A stretch of 64,000 bases of DNA from an uncultured Actinomycetota bacterium (GTDB taxonomy: Bacteria > Actinomycetota > Actinomycetes > JACCUZ01), in the NCBI GenBank assembly GCA_963751035.1, contig CAVVSW010000005.1, positions 772,784-836,783 on the forward strand. The letters are read 5' to 3'. Every line of letters starts with the position of its first letter. The first letter of the stretch is position 1. Under the pieces are notes generated by a model. That model was not told the origin of the DNA and did no database searches. It was given only the letters and a program-made list of their open reading frames with translations. Positions 1 to 10,264 of the stretch are shown piece after piece. The position numbers and the translations under genes are program-made.

Positions 1-419
1 GTAGCTACGACCCGAGCCGGCCGCTCGGGGCCTGGCTCACCACGATCGCGAAGCGGGTGGCCATCGATGTGCACCGGCGCGAGCGCCGGCACCGCAACCT
101 CGACAACATCGACACCTCCGACAGCGCCTCGCTGGTCACGCTGCCGCCGTCGGCGGAGCAGATACACGACGTGGCCGAGGTACGACGGGCGCTTGACGAG
201 CTGCCCACCATGGAACGTGAGCTGATCCGGATGCAGCACTTCGACGAGCTCAGCCACGCGGAGATCGCCGACAAGCTCGAGATCCCGCTCGGAACCGTCA
301 AGTCCCGGACATTCCGTGCGCACCGCCGGCTGGCGGGCATCCTGTCCCACCTGCGTGCCGAACCGCCGGACTCGGCACCCGCCGACCCGCGCGAAGGAGG
401 CTCCGATGTCCGACGATGA
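1..419 (+). CDS. ECF-type RNA polymerase sigma factor, C-terminal part (5' end lies outside the window)
   Basis: The frame is open from base 3 and reads SYDPSRPLGAWLTTIAKRVAIDVHRRE, followed by a region-4 HTH (LPTMERELIRMQHFDELSHAEIADKLEIPLGTVKSRTFRAHRRL). The stop overlaps the next gene's start. Confidence 0.85.
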   Translation, partial: SYDPSRPLGAWLTTIAKRVAIDVHRRERRHRNLDNIDTSDSASLVTLPPSAEQIHDVAEVRRALDELPTMERELIRMQHFDELSHAEIADKLEIPLGTVKSRTFRAHRRLAGILSHLRAEPPDSAPADPREGGSDVRR

Positions 420-987
420 CCTGACGCCGGCTGAGCGCGCCGAGATCGAGCGGGTGCGCGGCGTACTCGCGGACCGGGCGGTGTGGGCTGAGCCCCCGCT
501 CGACCTCCAGGAGCGCGTGGTCGCCGCGATCGCCGAGGAGGCCGGCGCTGGCCGGCGTCTGCGACGGATCCGGTATTCCCTCACGGCCGTAGCCGCCGCG
601 GTCGTCCTGTTGGCGGGCGTCACCATCGGCATGCAGGTGACCCGGGACGAACCAGTCCAGTACGCCGCGTCCCTGACGGGGACCCGGCTCGCGGCCGATG
701 CAGCCGCGAACGTCACGCTGACCAAGACCGACAGCGGATGGAAGATCGAACTGCACGCCACCGGACTCCCGCGACGCGCCGACGGAGAGTTCTACGAGGC
801 GTGGCTCAAGAGCGACGCAGGCCTTCTCGTTCCGATCGGCACGTTCAACGAGGGCACCGACGTCACGCTCTGGTCCGGCGTAGGCCCGAGCACGTTTCCA
901 ACGCTGACCGTCACCAAGGAGGTCGCCGACGACAACCAGGCGTCATCGGGCCAGGTCGTGCTCATCGGTCAAGCGAACGAGTCCTGA
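406..987 (+). CDS. anti-sigma factor, RskA-like (single TM helix, extracytoplasmic C-terminal domain)
   Basis: ATG 406 is preceded by GAAGGAGG and overlaps the sigma-factor stop. There is a TM segment LTAVAAAVVLLAGVTIG. The C-terminus (YEAWLKSDAGLLVPIGTF...LTVTKE) resembles the anti-sigma-K RskA domain. Confidence 0.7.
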   Translation: MSDDDLTPAERAEIERVRGVLADRAVWAEPPLDLQERVVAAIAEEAGAGRRLRRIRYSLTAVAAAVVLLAGVTIGMQVTRDEPVQYAASLTGTRLAADAAANVTLTKTDSGWKIELHATGLPRRADGEFYEAWLKSDAGLLVPIGTFNEGTDVTLWSGVGPSTFPTLTVTKEVADDNQASSGQVVLIGQANES

Positions 988-1112
988 GGGCTGGAGTGAG
1001 GGGCACGCTCACCGAGTCACAGCGGACTCTCAGGTCAGGCAGGGGTCTGCCACAGGTCCCGCGGCGAAGGTCTCCGCACCGGCTCAGCCAGAGCCCAGAC
1101 GAAGGAGACCCG

Positions 1113-1613
1113 ATGAACGACGACGTGATCCAATCAGGCGCACCAAGCCCCTGGCGGTCTCGGGGCGCCGCCGCCGCACTCGTGGCCGGCGGGCTGCTCG
1201 CGGGGGGCGTCCTGGCGAGCACGCTGGCGGCCACGGCAGCGGACAACAGCCCCAGCGCCACCCCCTCGGCCTCGTCCACCGCGGCCGCTCCGGACGACGA
1301 CGCAACGCGCGACGAGTCCAAGAGCCAGCGGCCGGACGAGGAGCTGCTCACCGGCGCCACGGCCGACAAGGTCCGCAAGGCGGCGCTCGCGAAGTACCCC
1401 GGCGCCACCATCCAGCGGATCGAGACCGACTCGGACGGCGTCTACGAGGCGCACCTCGTGACCGCCGCCGGCGCGCGCGTCACGGTCGAGGTGGGCAAGG
1501 ACTTCACGGTGACCGGCGAGGAGGCCGGCGGCCACGGTGGCCACGGTGGCCCGGGCGGTCCGGACGACGACGACGCGGACGACACGTCCACGACCGGTAC
1601 GTCCGGCGTCTGA
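1113..1613 (+). CDS. secreted PepSY-domain protein with an acidic/Gly-His-rich tail
   Basis: ATG 1113 follows GAAGGAG. There is a signal/TM segment AAAALVAGGLLAGGVLAS and a PepSY-like core (KVRKAALAKYPGATIQRIETDSDGVYEAHLVTAAGARVTVEVGKDFTV). Confidence 0.65.
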   Translation: MNDDVIQSGAPSPWRSRGAAAALVAGGLLAGGVLASTLAATAADNSPSATPSASSTAAAPDDDATRDESKSQRPDEELLTGATADKVRKAALAKYPGATIQRIETDSDGVYEAHLVTAAGARVTVEVGKDFTVTGEEAGGHGGHGGPGGPDDDDADDTSTTGTSGV

Positions 1614-1729
1614 CCGTCCCGATGGGGCCGGCCCGTTCGCGGGCCGGCCCCATCGCCACGTCGTGATTCACAGGAACTGCACAGGAACCTCACGGGCGCC
1701 GCTCAGCCGCGTGGCTGAGACTGGCGTTC

Positions 1730-2467
1730 ATGCCGACGACACGATCGCGACCTCTGAGCCCCGCCCCGCGTCCCGACGGCGTGCCGGTCAAGGTGCTCGT
1801 CGTCGACGACGAGGACACCCTGTCCGAGCTGCTGTCGATGGCCCTGCGCTACGAGGGGTGGGAGGTGCGGACCGCGGCGAGCGGCACCGCCGCCGTCCGC
1901 GAGGCGCGCGACTTCCGCCCGGACGCCGTCATCCTCGACATGATGCTGCCCGACATCGACGGGCTCGAGGTCCTCCGACGCCTGCGCGCCGACCGACTCG
2001 ACGTACCCGTGCTCTTCCTGACCGCGCGGGACGCCGTCGAGGACCGGGTGGCCGGCCTCACCGCCGGTGGGGACGACTACGTCACCAAGCCGTTCAGCCT
2101 CGAGGAGGTCATCGCTCGCGTTCGCGGCCTGATGCGGCGGACCCGGCTGCTGGTGGCAGCCGAGGAGACCGAGCTCGTCGTGGGTGACCTCACGATGGAC
2201 GAGGACAGCCACGAGGTACGCCGAGCGGGGGACCCGATCTCGCTGACGGCCACGGAGTTCGAGCTGCTGCGGTTCCTGATGCGCAACCCGCGCCGGGTGC
2301 TCAGCAAGGCGCAGATCCTGGACCGCGTCTGGAACTACGACTTCGGGGGACAGGCGAATGTCGTGGAGCTCTACATCTCCTACCTCCGCAAGAAGGTCGA
2401 CGCCGGACGCGCGCCGATGATCCACACCATGCGTGGTGCCGGCTACGTCCTCAAGCCGGCGGACTGA
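1730..2467 (+). CDS. OmpR/PhoB-family response regulator
   Basis: Receiver motifs VLVVDDE, DAVILDMMLPDIDG and TKPF are present, plus a winged-helix C-terminus (LTATEFELLRFLMRNPRRVLSKAQILDRVW...YISYLRKKVD). Confidence 0.92.
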   Translation: MPTTRSRPLSPAPRPDGVPVKVLVVDDEDTLSELLSMALRYEGWEVRTAASGTAAVREARDFRPDAVILDMMLPDIDGLEVLRRLRADRLDVPVLFLTARDAVEDRVAGLTAGGDDYVTKPFSLEEVIARVRGLMRRTRLLVAAEETELVVGDLTMDEDSHEVRRAGDPISLTATEFELLRFLMRNPRRVLSKAQILDRVWNYDFGGQANVVELYISYLRKKVDAGRAPMIHTMRGAGYVLKPAD

Positions 2468-2470
2468 GCA

Positions 2471-3988
2471 ATGACCGCCGTCGCGACACCATCGCGGGGC
2501 TGGCCGGGCCTGCGCGGCTGGAGCCTGCGGACCCGGCTCCTCGTCGCCCTGCTGGCGCTGCTGGCGGCTGTCTGCTTGGTCATCGGCGTGGTCAGCGTGC
2601 TCGCCCTGGACCAGTTCCTCCTGGGCCGCCTCGATGACCAGCTCAGCGCCGCGGGAGTCCGGTCCCAGGGCGCCGACGGACCGGGCGGCCCCGGCGACGA
2701 CCACCACGGGCGGCGCAGTCCCGAGTTCCTGCTCGCCCCAGGCCAGGCGGAAGGCACCCTCGGCGCGCGCATAGTCGGCGGCCAGGTGCAGGAAGCCGGG
2801 GTGCTGGACCCCCGCGGCGAGGCCGACTCCCTGCCTGCCGAGCAGGCGGCCGCCTTGGTCGCGCTTCCGGTCGACGGCCAGCCCCACACTCGAGATCTCG
2901 GCGGCGACCTCGGGGACTACCGCCTGATGGCCACCCAGGAGCAGGACGGCGACGTCCTGGTGACCGGGCTGCCGCTGGGCGGCGTCCAGGACACGGTCTA
3001 CCGCCTAGCCGCCGTGGCGGGCGTGGTGGCGCTGCTCGGTCTGCTCGTCGCGGGTCTGGCTGGGGCCGCGATCATCCGGCTGGCGCTGCAGCCCCTCCGG
3101 CGGGTCGCCGGGACGGCCCGGCGCGTCTCCGAGCTGTCACTTGACCGCGGCGAGGTCGCGCTGGCCGTGCGTGTCCCGGACGAGGACACCGACCCGCGCA
3201 CGGAGGTCGGGCAGGTGGGGTCGGCCATCAACGCGATGCTCGCGCACGTCGCGGCGGCCCTGGCCGCGCGTCAGGCCAGCGAGACGCGGGTGCGCCGGTT
3301 CGTGGCCGACGCGAGCCACGAGCTACGCACGCCACTGGCGGCCATTCGTGGGTACGCCGAGCTGACCCGCCCGAGTCGGGAGGAGCTTCCGGCGGACGTC
3401 GAGCACGCCTTGACGCGCATCGAGTCGCAGGCGGTCCGGATGAGCGCGCTCGTCACCGACCTGCTGCAGCTCTCGCGGCTCGACGCCGGCCGCCCGGTCG
3501 AGGTGGCATCGGTGGACCTGTCCCGGCTGCTGGTCGACGGTGTCACGGACGCACAGGCGGCGGGCAGCGAGCACATCTGGAAGCTGGACGTCTCCGAGGA
3601 CCCGCTGCTGGTCCGGGGCGACGCCGGGGCGCTCGTGCAGGTCGTGGACAACCTGCTCACCAACGCGCGCGTCCACACCCCTCCGGGGACGGTCGTGTCG
3701 GTCCAGCTCGCGGCCGGGGACGGAGACCAACCCGTCGCCCGGCTCACGGTCGCGGACAACGGCCCGGGCATCCCCGCCGAGCTGTTGCCCGAGGCGTTCG
3801 AACGGTTCACCCGCGGCGACACGTCCCGGTCGCCGGCCGCCGGCAGCAGTGGGCTCGGCCTGGCCATCGTCGCGGCCATCGTCGAGGCCCACCATGGAAG
3901 TGTCGAGGTGAGCAGCGCGCCGGGCAACACCGAGTTCACGATCATGCTGCCCCGCTACCTCGACACCGAGCAGTCCGAACAGCGCTGA
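2471..3988 (+). CDS. sensor histidine kinase (2 TM, HAMP, HisKA, HATPase_c)
   Basis: The start lies 3 nt after the response-regulator stop. It has an H-box (SHELRTPLAAIRGYAEL), an N-box (LLTNARVHT), a G1 box (DNGPGIP) and a G2 box (GSSGLGLAIV). Confidence 0.92.
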   Translation: MTAVATPSRGWPGLRGWSLRTRLLVALLALLAAVCLVIGVVSVLALDQFLLGRLDDQLSAAGVRSQGADGPGGPGDDHHGRRSPEFLLAPGQAEGTLGARIVGGQVQEAGVLDPRGEADSLPAEQAAALVALPVDGQPHTRDLGGDLGDYRLMATQEQDGDVLVTGLPLGGVQDTVYRLAAVAGVVALLGLLVAGLAGAAIIRLALQPLRRVAGTARRVSELSLDRGEVALAVRVPDEDTDPRTEVGQVGSAINAMLAHVAAALAARQASETRVRRFVADASHELRTPLAAIRGYAELTRPSREELPADVEHALTRIESQAVRMSALVTDLLQLSRLDAGRPVEVASVDLSRLLVDGVTDAQAAGSEHIWKLDVSEDPLLVRGDAGALVQVVDNLLTNARVHTPPGTVVSVQLAAGDGDQPVARLTVADNGPGIPAELLPEAFERFTRGDTSRSPAAGSSGLGLAIVAAIVEAHHGSVEVSSAPGNTEFTIMLPRYLDTEQSEQR

Positions 3989-4021
3989 CGCGGTCGGTCA
4001 GCTGTCCAACTGCGCGCGGCG

Positions 4022-5245
4022 TCAGGTTCCGAAGATGGCCCGCCGGGCAGCCGGGATCTTCGCGCGGGTCGTCAACAGACCCATCATTCCCTGGTCGGTC
4101 AGCTGCCGCCACTGGCTCGGCGTCCGCTCACCGAGCTCCCAGCCGAGGTGCCAGACACCCTGGGCGTGCGAGTAGTCCAGCATCGCCTTGTCGAGGTTGG
4201 TGATCCGGATGCAGGCCATCTCGAAGCCGTTGGCGGCGGCCGCATCCACGATTCTCTGCGTGGCCTCCGGTGTCTTGGGATAGCCCTTCATTCCCGCCCG
4301 CACGCCGCTGCTGGCGATCAGGTCCCGGGCGGCCGGCGTCACCTTGTAGAGCATGAGTATCGCGCCACGCTGCCGACCCGTTTGGACGATGGAGTGCACC
4401 GCCACCTCCACGGTGTGCAGGATCTCCTCGTCGGTGGTGGCGAGCTGGTTCTGCTTGAGATCGATGTACCACTCGGTCAGGGGCACAGCGAGGAAGCTGT
4501 TCAGGCTCGGCACCCGCGCGCCGCCGGCCAGACGGCATTGTTGGAGCCGAGCCAGCGTCTGTTGACGTACATCGCCGCAGTTGCCGCTCAGCAGCGCGTC
4601 ATGGGCGGCGACCAGATGGCCGTCCTTCGTGAACATGAAGTCGGACTCGGCGAAGCAGACGGGCGTGCTCTGCTGTGCCTCGACGCTGTTGACCCTTCGT
4701 TCGGCGATGCGGATGCCGTCATAGTGCCGGTTGGCGGCGCAGTACGGTTCGCAGCTCGACGCTCCTGACGAGCCTGCCGATGGGCTGCGGCAGACATCGC
4801 GGCCGTCGCCACCCCGGTTGACATCGGCACCGTCGCCGCCGTTCAGGTCGTCGTGCCCCGACGCGCCGACCAGCGTGTCCGTGTTGTTCTCGCCGCGGAG
4901 GATGTCGTTGCCCGATCCGCCGCTGATGAGATCGTTCCCGTTACCGCCGTACACGCGGTCAGGCGTGCCCGAGTTCGACCCCGCGCAGATCCGGTCCGAG
5001 CCGCGGCGCCCGGAGATGACATCGCTTCCGCCGAGGCCGACGATGACGTCGGGCCTGTCGGTCCCGATGATCCGGTCGGGACCGGACGTGCCCACGATCG
5101 TGGCGCGCTTGCCGAAGCACAGTGGGGTGGCGGCATGTGCCGCTTGCGGACTGACGGCCGCCTGAGCGGCGACTGTGACCAGGCCAACGGAAAGCCAGAT
5201 CGCGATTCGACGCAGTTGAATCAACGCACGTCCCCGTTTCCCCAC
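4022..5245 (-). CDS. secreted protein: Sec signal peptide, RTX-type Ca-binding GGxGxD repeats, and a divergent GDPD/PLC-like phosphodiesterase domain
   Basis: 407-aa ORF. The signal peptide is IAIWLSVGLVTVAAQAAVSPQAAHA. Repeats include GLGGSDVISG, GGNGNDLISGGSGNDILRG and GGDGADVNRGGDGRD. The C-terminus (NRHYDG..AERRVNSVEA..AESDFMFTKDGHLVAAHD) resembles the GDPD HR/E/D/HD pattern. Confidence 0.75.
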   Translation of the reverse strand: MGKRGRALIQLRRIAIWLSVGLVTVAAQAAVSPQAAHAATPLCFGKRATIVGTSGPDRIIGTDRPDVIVGLGGSDVISGRRGSDRICAGSNSGTPDRVYGGNGNDLISGGSGNDILRGENNTDTLVGASGHDDLNGGDGADVNRGGDGRDVCRSPSAGSSGASSCEPYCAANRHYDGIRIAERRVNSVEAQQSTPVCFAESDFMFTKDGHLVAAHDALLSGNCGDVRQQTLARLQQCRLAGGARVPSLNSFLAVPLTEWYIDLKQNQLATTDEEILHTVEVAVHSIVQTGRQRGAILMLYKVTPAARDLIASSGVRAGMKGYPKTPEATQRIVDAAAANGFEMACIRITNLDKAMLDYSHAQGVWHLGWELGERTPSQWRQLTDQGMMGLLTTRAKIPAARRAIFGT

Positions 5246-5453
5246 TCATTCGCGGCGCAGCTCGCAACGCCGCTTCCCGGGGCTCGGGCCCCCGCCGGGA
5301 GTCAACCTACCGGCCGGAACTGTGCCGTTCCGGTCGTTCTGTGTGTTTGCTCCGACGCCCCGATGGATAGACTTCAGGTGGCCGTTAGAGTCAAGGCCAG
5401 TTGCCCCGGACCCCGGTAGCGCCCAGCAGGCCATCACCATCCCGGGGTCACAG

Positions 5454-5837
5454 ATGAACGCAGGCTCGCAGAGGCTGACCATGCCGCTGGCTGCGGGCTG
5501 CCTGGCCGATCTGCGTCGCTGGGCCCGCTCGTGGATGGAGCAGCACCCCACCGACGGTGTGGACCCGGACATCGTCGTGCTGTCGATGACCGAGCTGGTC
5601 ACGAACTCGATCAAGCACGGCTCGGGGCCGGTCGAGGTCCATCTCAATGCCGACAGCGACAACCTTGTCCTGATCGTCAGCGACTGCTCGGAGCAGCTGC
5701 CCCGTCGCCACGACACGCCGGTGGACGCAGAGACCGGCCGCGGCATCCAGATCCTGGAGAGCCTGGCAACACGCTGGGGCGTGCAACCGGAGCCGGGGGG
5801 CGGCAAGACGGTCTGGTGCGAGTTCGCATCCCAATGA
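5454..5837 (+). CDS. ATP-binding protein, RsbW/SpoIIAB-like (HATPase_c_2, anti-sigma-type Ser kinase fold)
   Basis: Motifs VLSMTELVTNSIKHG and ETGRGIQILESLATRWGV are present. The start is ambiguous (ATG 5454 or 5481; the ORF is open from 5322). Confidence 0.6.
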   Translation: MNAGSQRLTMPLAAGCLADLRRWARSWMEQHPTDGVDPDIVVLSMTELVTNSIKHGSGPVEVHLNADSDNLVLIVSDCSEQLPRRHDTPVDAETGRGIQILESLATRWGVQPEPGGGKTVWCEFASQ

Positions 5838-5950
5838 CCTGCGCCGCGAAAAGGTAACTGCCTCCCCAAAGTGGCCCATTCGCACCGGCTGTGCCCATAA
5901 GGTGCCCTTTCGCCCAGAGATCCTGGGGTCACAGGAGGGGAACCGCTTCC

Positions 5951-6625
5951 ATGCTCACTCGTATCCGCAGACTGCGCCCAGCAGCCTTCATTGCCGGCTT
6001 CCTGGCCGCGCTCGTCCTCACGGGAGGAGGAGCCGCGGCGTACGCCGCCAACGGCGGCTCGCTGCTCATCGGCCGGTCGAACTCCGCGACAGCCACGACC
6101 ACCCTCACGAACACCCGCGGCATCCCGATGAAGCTCGTCGCAAAGCCCGGCTACCCGCCGCTCACCGTCAACAGCACCACGACGGTTCCCTACCTGAGCG
6201 CTGACCGCCTCGACGGGCTGAGCAGCGGCTCGTTCGCCCTGGCTGGTGGCCAGACCGGCACCATCGTCGGTGAAACCGACTGGGCCCCCTTGGTCGAGGG
6301 CGGCGACCCCGACCCGGCATCCGGCCTCCTGGTGTCATGGGCCGACTGCCCGGCTGGCACCAAGCTCACCGGCGGTGGGAACGAGAACTTCGTCCTCAAC
6401 AGCTACACGCATGTTGACGCGCCGCTGGGCCACACCTGGTACGCACTGAGCGACGCCTCCGTCGATGACGGGGACACGCCGGACGACCTGCTCGCCTACG
6501 CCGTCTGCTACAACCCCCGCGGGGCAGTGGTCGACTCCGGTGCCGGCGCAGCCAAGAGCTCCTCTGAGATGCCCGCGGCGCTCAAGGACCGTGTTGCCAA
6601 GGTGGCTGCCAAGCGCAGCCGGTAA
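5951..6625 (+). CDS. secreted hypothetical protein (N-terminal TM/signal, Ser/Thr-rich tail-fibre-like segment, C-terminal Cys pair)
   Basis: ATG 5951 lies about 10 nt after AGGAGGGG. The N-terminus is AAFIAGFLAALVLTGGGAAAYA, followed by LLIGRSNSATATTTLTNT...LTVNSTTTVPYLSADRLDGLSSGSFA. A Cys pair brackets the C-terminal region (WADCPAGTKLTGGG ... AYAVCYNP). Confidence 0.6.
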   Translation: MLTRIRRLRPAAFIAGFLAALVLTGGGAAAYAANGGSLLIGRSNSATATTTLTNTRGIPMKLVAKPGYPPLTVNSTTTVPYLSADRLDGLSSGSFALAGGQTGTIVGETDWAPLVEGGDPDPASGLLVSWADCPAGTKLTGGGNENFVLNSYTHVDAPLGHTWYALSDASVDDGDTPDDLLAYAVCYNPRGAVVDSGAGAAKSSSEMPAALKDRVAKVAAKRSR

Positions 6626-6644
6626 GCCCGGTAAGGTCACCCGC

Positions 6645-6791
6645 GTGAGATCTCAGCGCGTCGGGCGGGCTACCGCCGTCGCAGTTGCAGCTGCCGTGAT
6701 CATGCTCGGCGGCTGCGGCTACGACACCAACAACCAGAACAGCCCCAACAGCACGCAGGTGGGCACCAACACGGCCAACCCGACGCCCTGA
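6645..6791 (+). CDS. small putative lipoprotein (48 aa)
   Basis: GTG 6645 starts VRSQRVGRATAVAVAAAVIMLGGC, which contains an L-G-G-C lipobox, followed by an Asn/Thr-rich tail. It is short, so this call is low confidence. Confidence 0.4.
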   Translation: MRSQRVGRATAVAVAAAVIMLGGCGYDTNNQNSPNSTQVGTNTANPTP

Positions 6792-6835
6792 CGGGCTGCC
6801 GAGAGGCAGTCGGCGCGTTCAGCCGGCCAAACGAG

Positions 6836-6867
6836 GAACGGCCCCGGGAGAAGTCCCGGGGCCGTTC
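6836..6867. terminator. bidirectional GC-rich hairpin between convergent genes
   Basis: Perfect 13-bp stem GAACGGCCCCGGG (6836-6848) pairs with CCCGGGGCCGTTC (6855-6867) around the 6-nt loop AGAAGT. Confidence 0.6.
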
Positions 6868-6889
6868 TCACGTCGTACGACGAGCCTGG

Positions 6890-7123
6890 TCAGCGCTCCG
6901 TGTCGGGAGCGGTGTGGGGCGTGGTCTCGACGAGCTTCTCGGTGTGGTCGTGGACGGCCGCAGCCACCTCGCGAAGCTTGGCCTCGTGGGCGCGACCGTG
7001 GTGGGCGCAGAACAGGAGCTCGCCGCCGGAGGTCAGCACGACACGGATGTAGGCCTGGGCGCCGCAGCGGTCGCAACGGTCGGACGCGGTCAGGGGAGGG
7101 TGCGGGGCTAGAGCTGTGGTCAC
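6890..7123 (-). CDS. small Cys/His-rich conserved actinobacterial protein (DUF7455-like, zinc-ribbon-like)
   Basis: GTG 7123 starts VTTALAPHPPLTASDRCDRCGAQAYIRVVLTSGGELLFCAHHGRAHEAKL (CxxC...CxHH). It is divergent from parE. Confidence 0.65.
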   Translation of the reverse strand: MTTALAPHPPLTASDRCDRCGAQAYIRVVLTSGGELLFCAHHGRAHEAKLREVAAAVHDHTEKLVETTPHTAPDTER

Positions 7124-7397
7124 GTCGCCCTCTCTCTTGGTTCGGGTTCTTGCTCCTAACAACATCCAACCACTCGAAGTTCGTTCCCGTGCCGCCCGCG
7201 GTTTCGGTTCGCTCTGCGCGTAGTCCCGGACCGCTGGCGTGCCTGCGTCAGTTCGTGTTGCCCAGTTCACACTACGTCGGAACCTGTGGGGGCCATCTGG
7301 AGCCATCAAAGCGGCGTGTCGCCACCCGAACGGCGCAGCAAGTCGGTGTCGGCGCGGGGTGCGGGGCGGTGTCGGGCACCGAAGGTAACCTCGCTTC

Positions 7398-9499
<2,102 letters not shown>

Positions 9500-9527
9500 C
9501 GGCTCACCCTGGCTCGGCGCGGTGCCG

Positions 9528-10201
9528 ATGCTTCCCGCATGCTCACCTGGCTCGCCGAGGGCGTTGCTGCTGGCCGCCGTCGTGGCGGCCGCGCGGTGGT
9601 GGCTGCGCCGTGTGGACGCCCTCGGGCGGCCCCGGCCCTTCCCGGTCTTCTCCGTGGCCCTCCTCGTGGTCGTGGGGGTGGCCCTGCTCGTCCCGGGCGT
9701 GCGCCACCATCAGCTGGAGGACCGCCTCGCCGTCGTCGCGAGCGACCTGGCCGGCTTTCCCGTGGTCGTGGACTGCCAGACCGCCGGGCCAGGAGTGGGT
9801 CGACGCCGGCTCCGAGCTGGGCTACGTGCGCTACGGGCGCGACGGCGTGCCGGAGCGGGCGCACGCTGATCAAGCACGCCCAGTGCAAGGACCTGTCGCG
9901 CTACCTGCGCGCCCGCGGCGACCATCCCGATGACGGCGAGGTCCTGGCGGTGCACGTGCTGACCCACGAGGCGATGCACATGGCGGGGATCACCGACGAG
10001 GCCCGCGCCGAGTGCCTCGCCGTCCAGCGCGACGCCAAGACCGCCCGGCTGCTCGGCGCGTCCCCGCAGGAGGCCGCCGACCTGGCCCGGCGCTACTGGC
10101 GCACGTTCTATCCCCGCATGCGCGACGAGTACGTCACGCCCGAGTGCCGGCCAGGCGGTCAGCTCGACCAGGCCTCGCCGGACGCTCCCTGGCTCGGGTG
10201 A
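9528..10201 (+). pseudogene. membrane-anchored hypothetical protein with an HExxH motif, two +1 frame breaks
   Basis: The N-terminal TM region (ALLLAAVVAAARWW...FSVALLVVVGVALLV) is in frame 0. EWVDAGSELGYVRYGRDGVPERAH is in frame 1. LIKHAQCKDL...VLTHEAMHMAGITDEARAECLAVQ is in frame 2. The jumps are near 9786-9793 and 9865. Confidence 0.55.
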
Positions 10202-10264
10202 GCTGTCGGTCAAGGTGTCGACAAACCGCTGAAGTATCTGGCCCTCCTGGCCGATGGAAAGAGC

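Noticed and set aside
4022-5245. Type I secretion (T1SS) substrate status for the RTX-repeat proteins (also 25872-26579).
   Set aside because: Both have N-terminal Sec-type signal peptides. No ABC exporter, MFP or outer-membrane component gene is nearby, and the organism is a monoderm.
5314-5337. Hairpin CCGGAAC-TGTGCC-GTTCCGG as a terminator.
   Set aside because: No gene ends upstream of it on either strand, because it lies 5' of both flanking genes. It may be regulatory, but the evidence is too weak to call.
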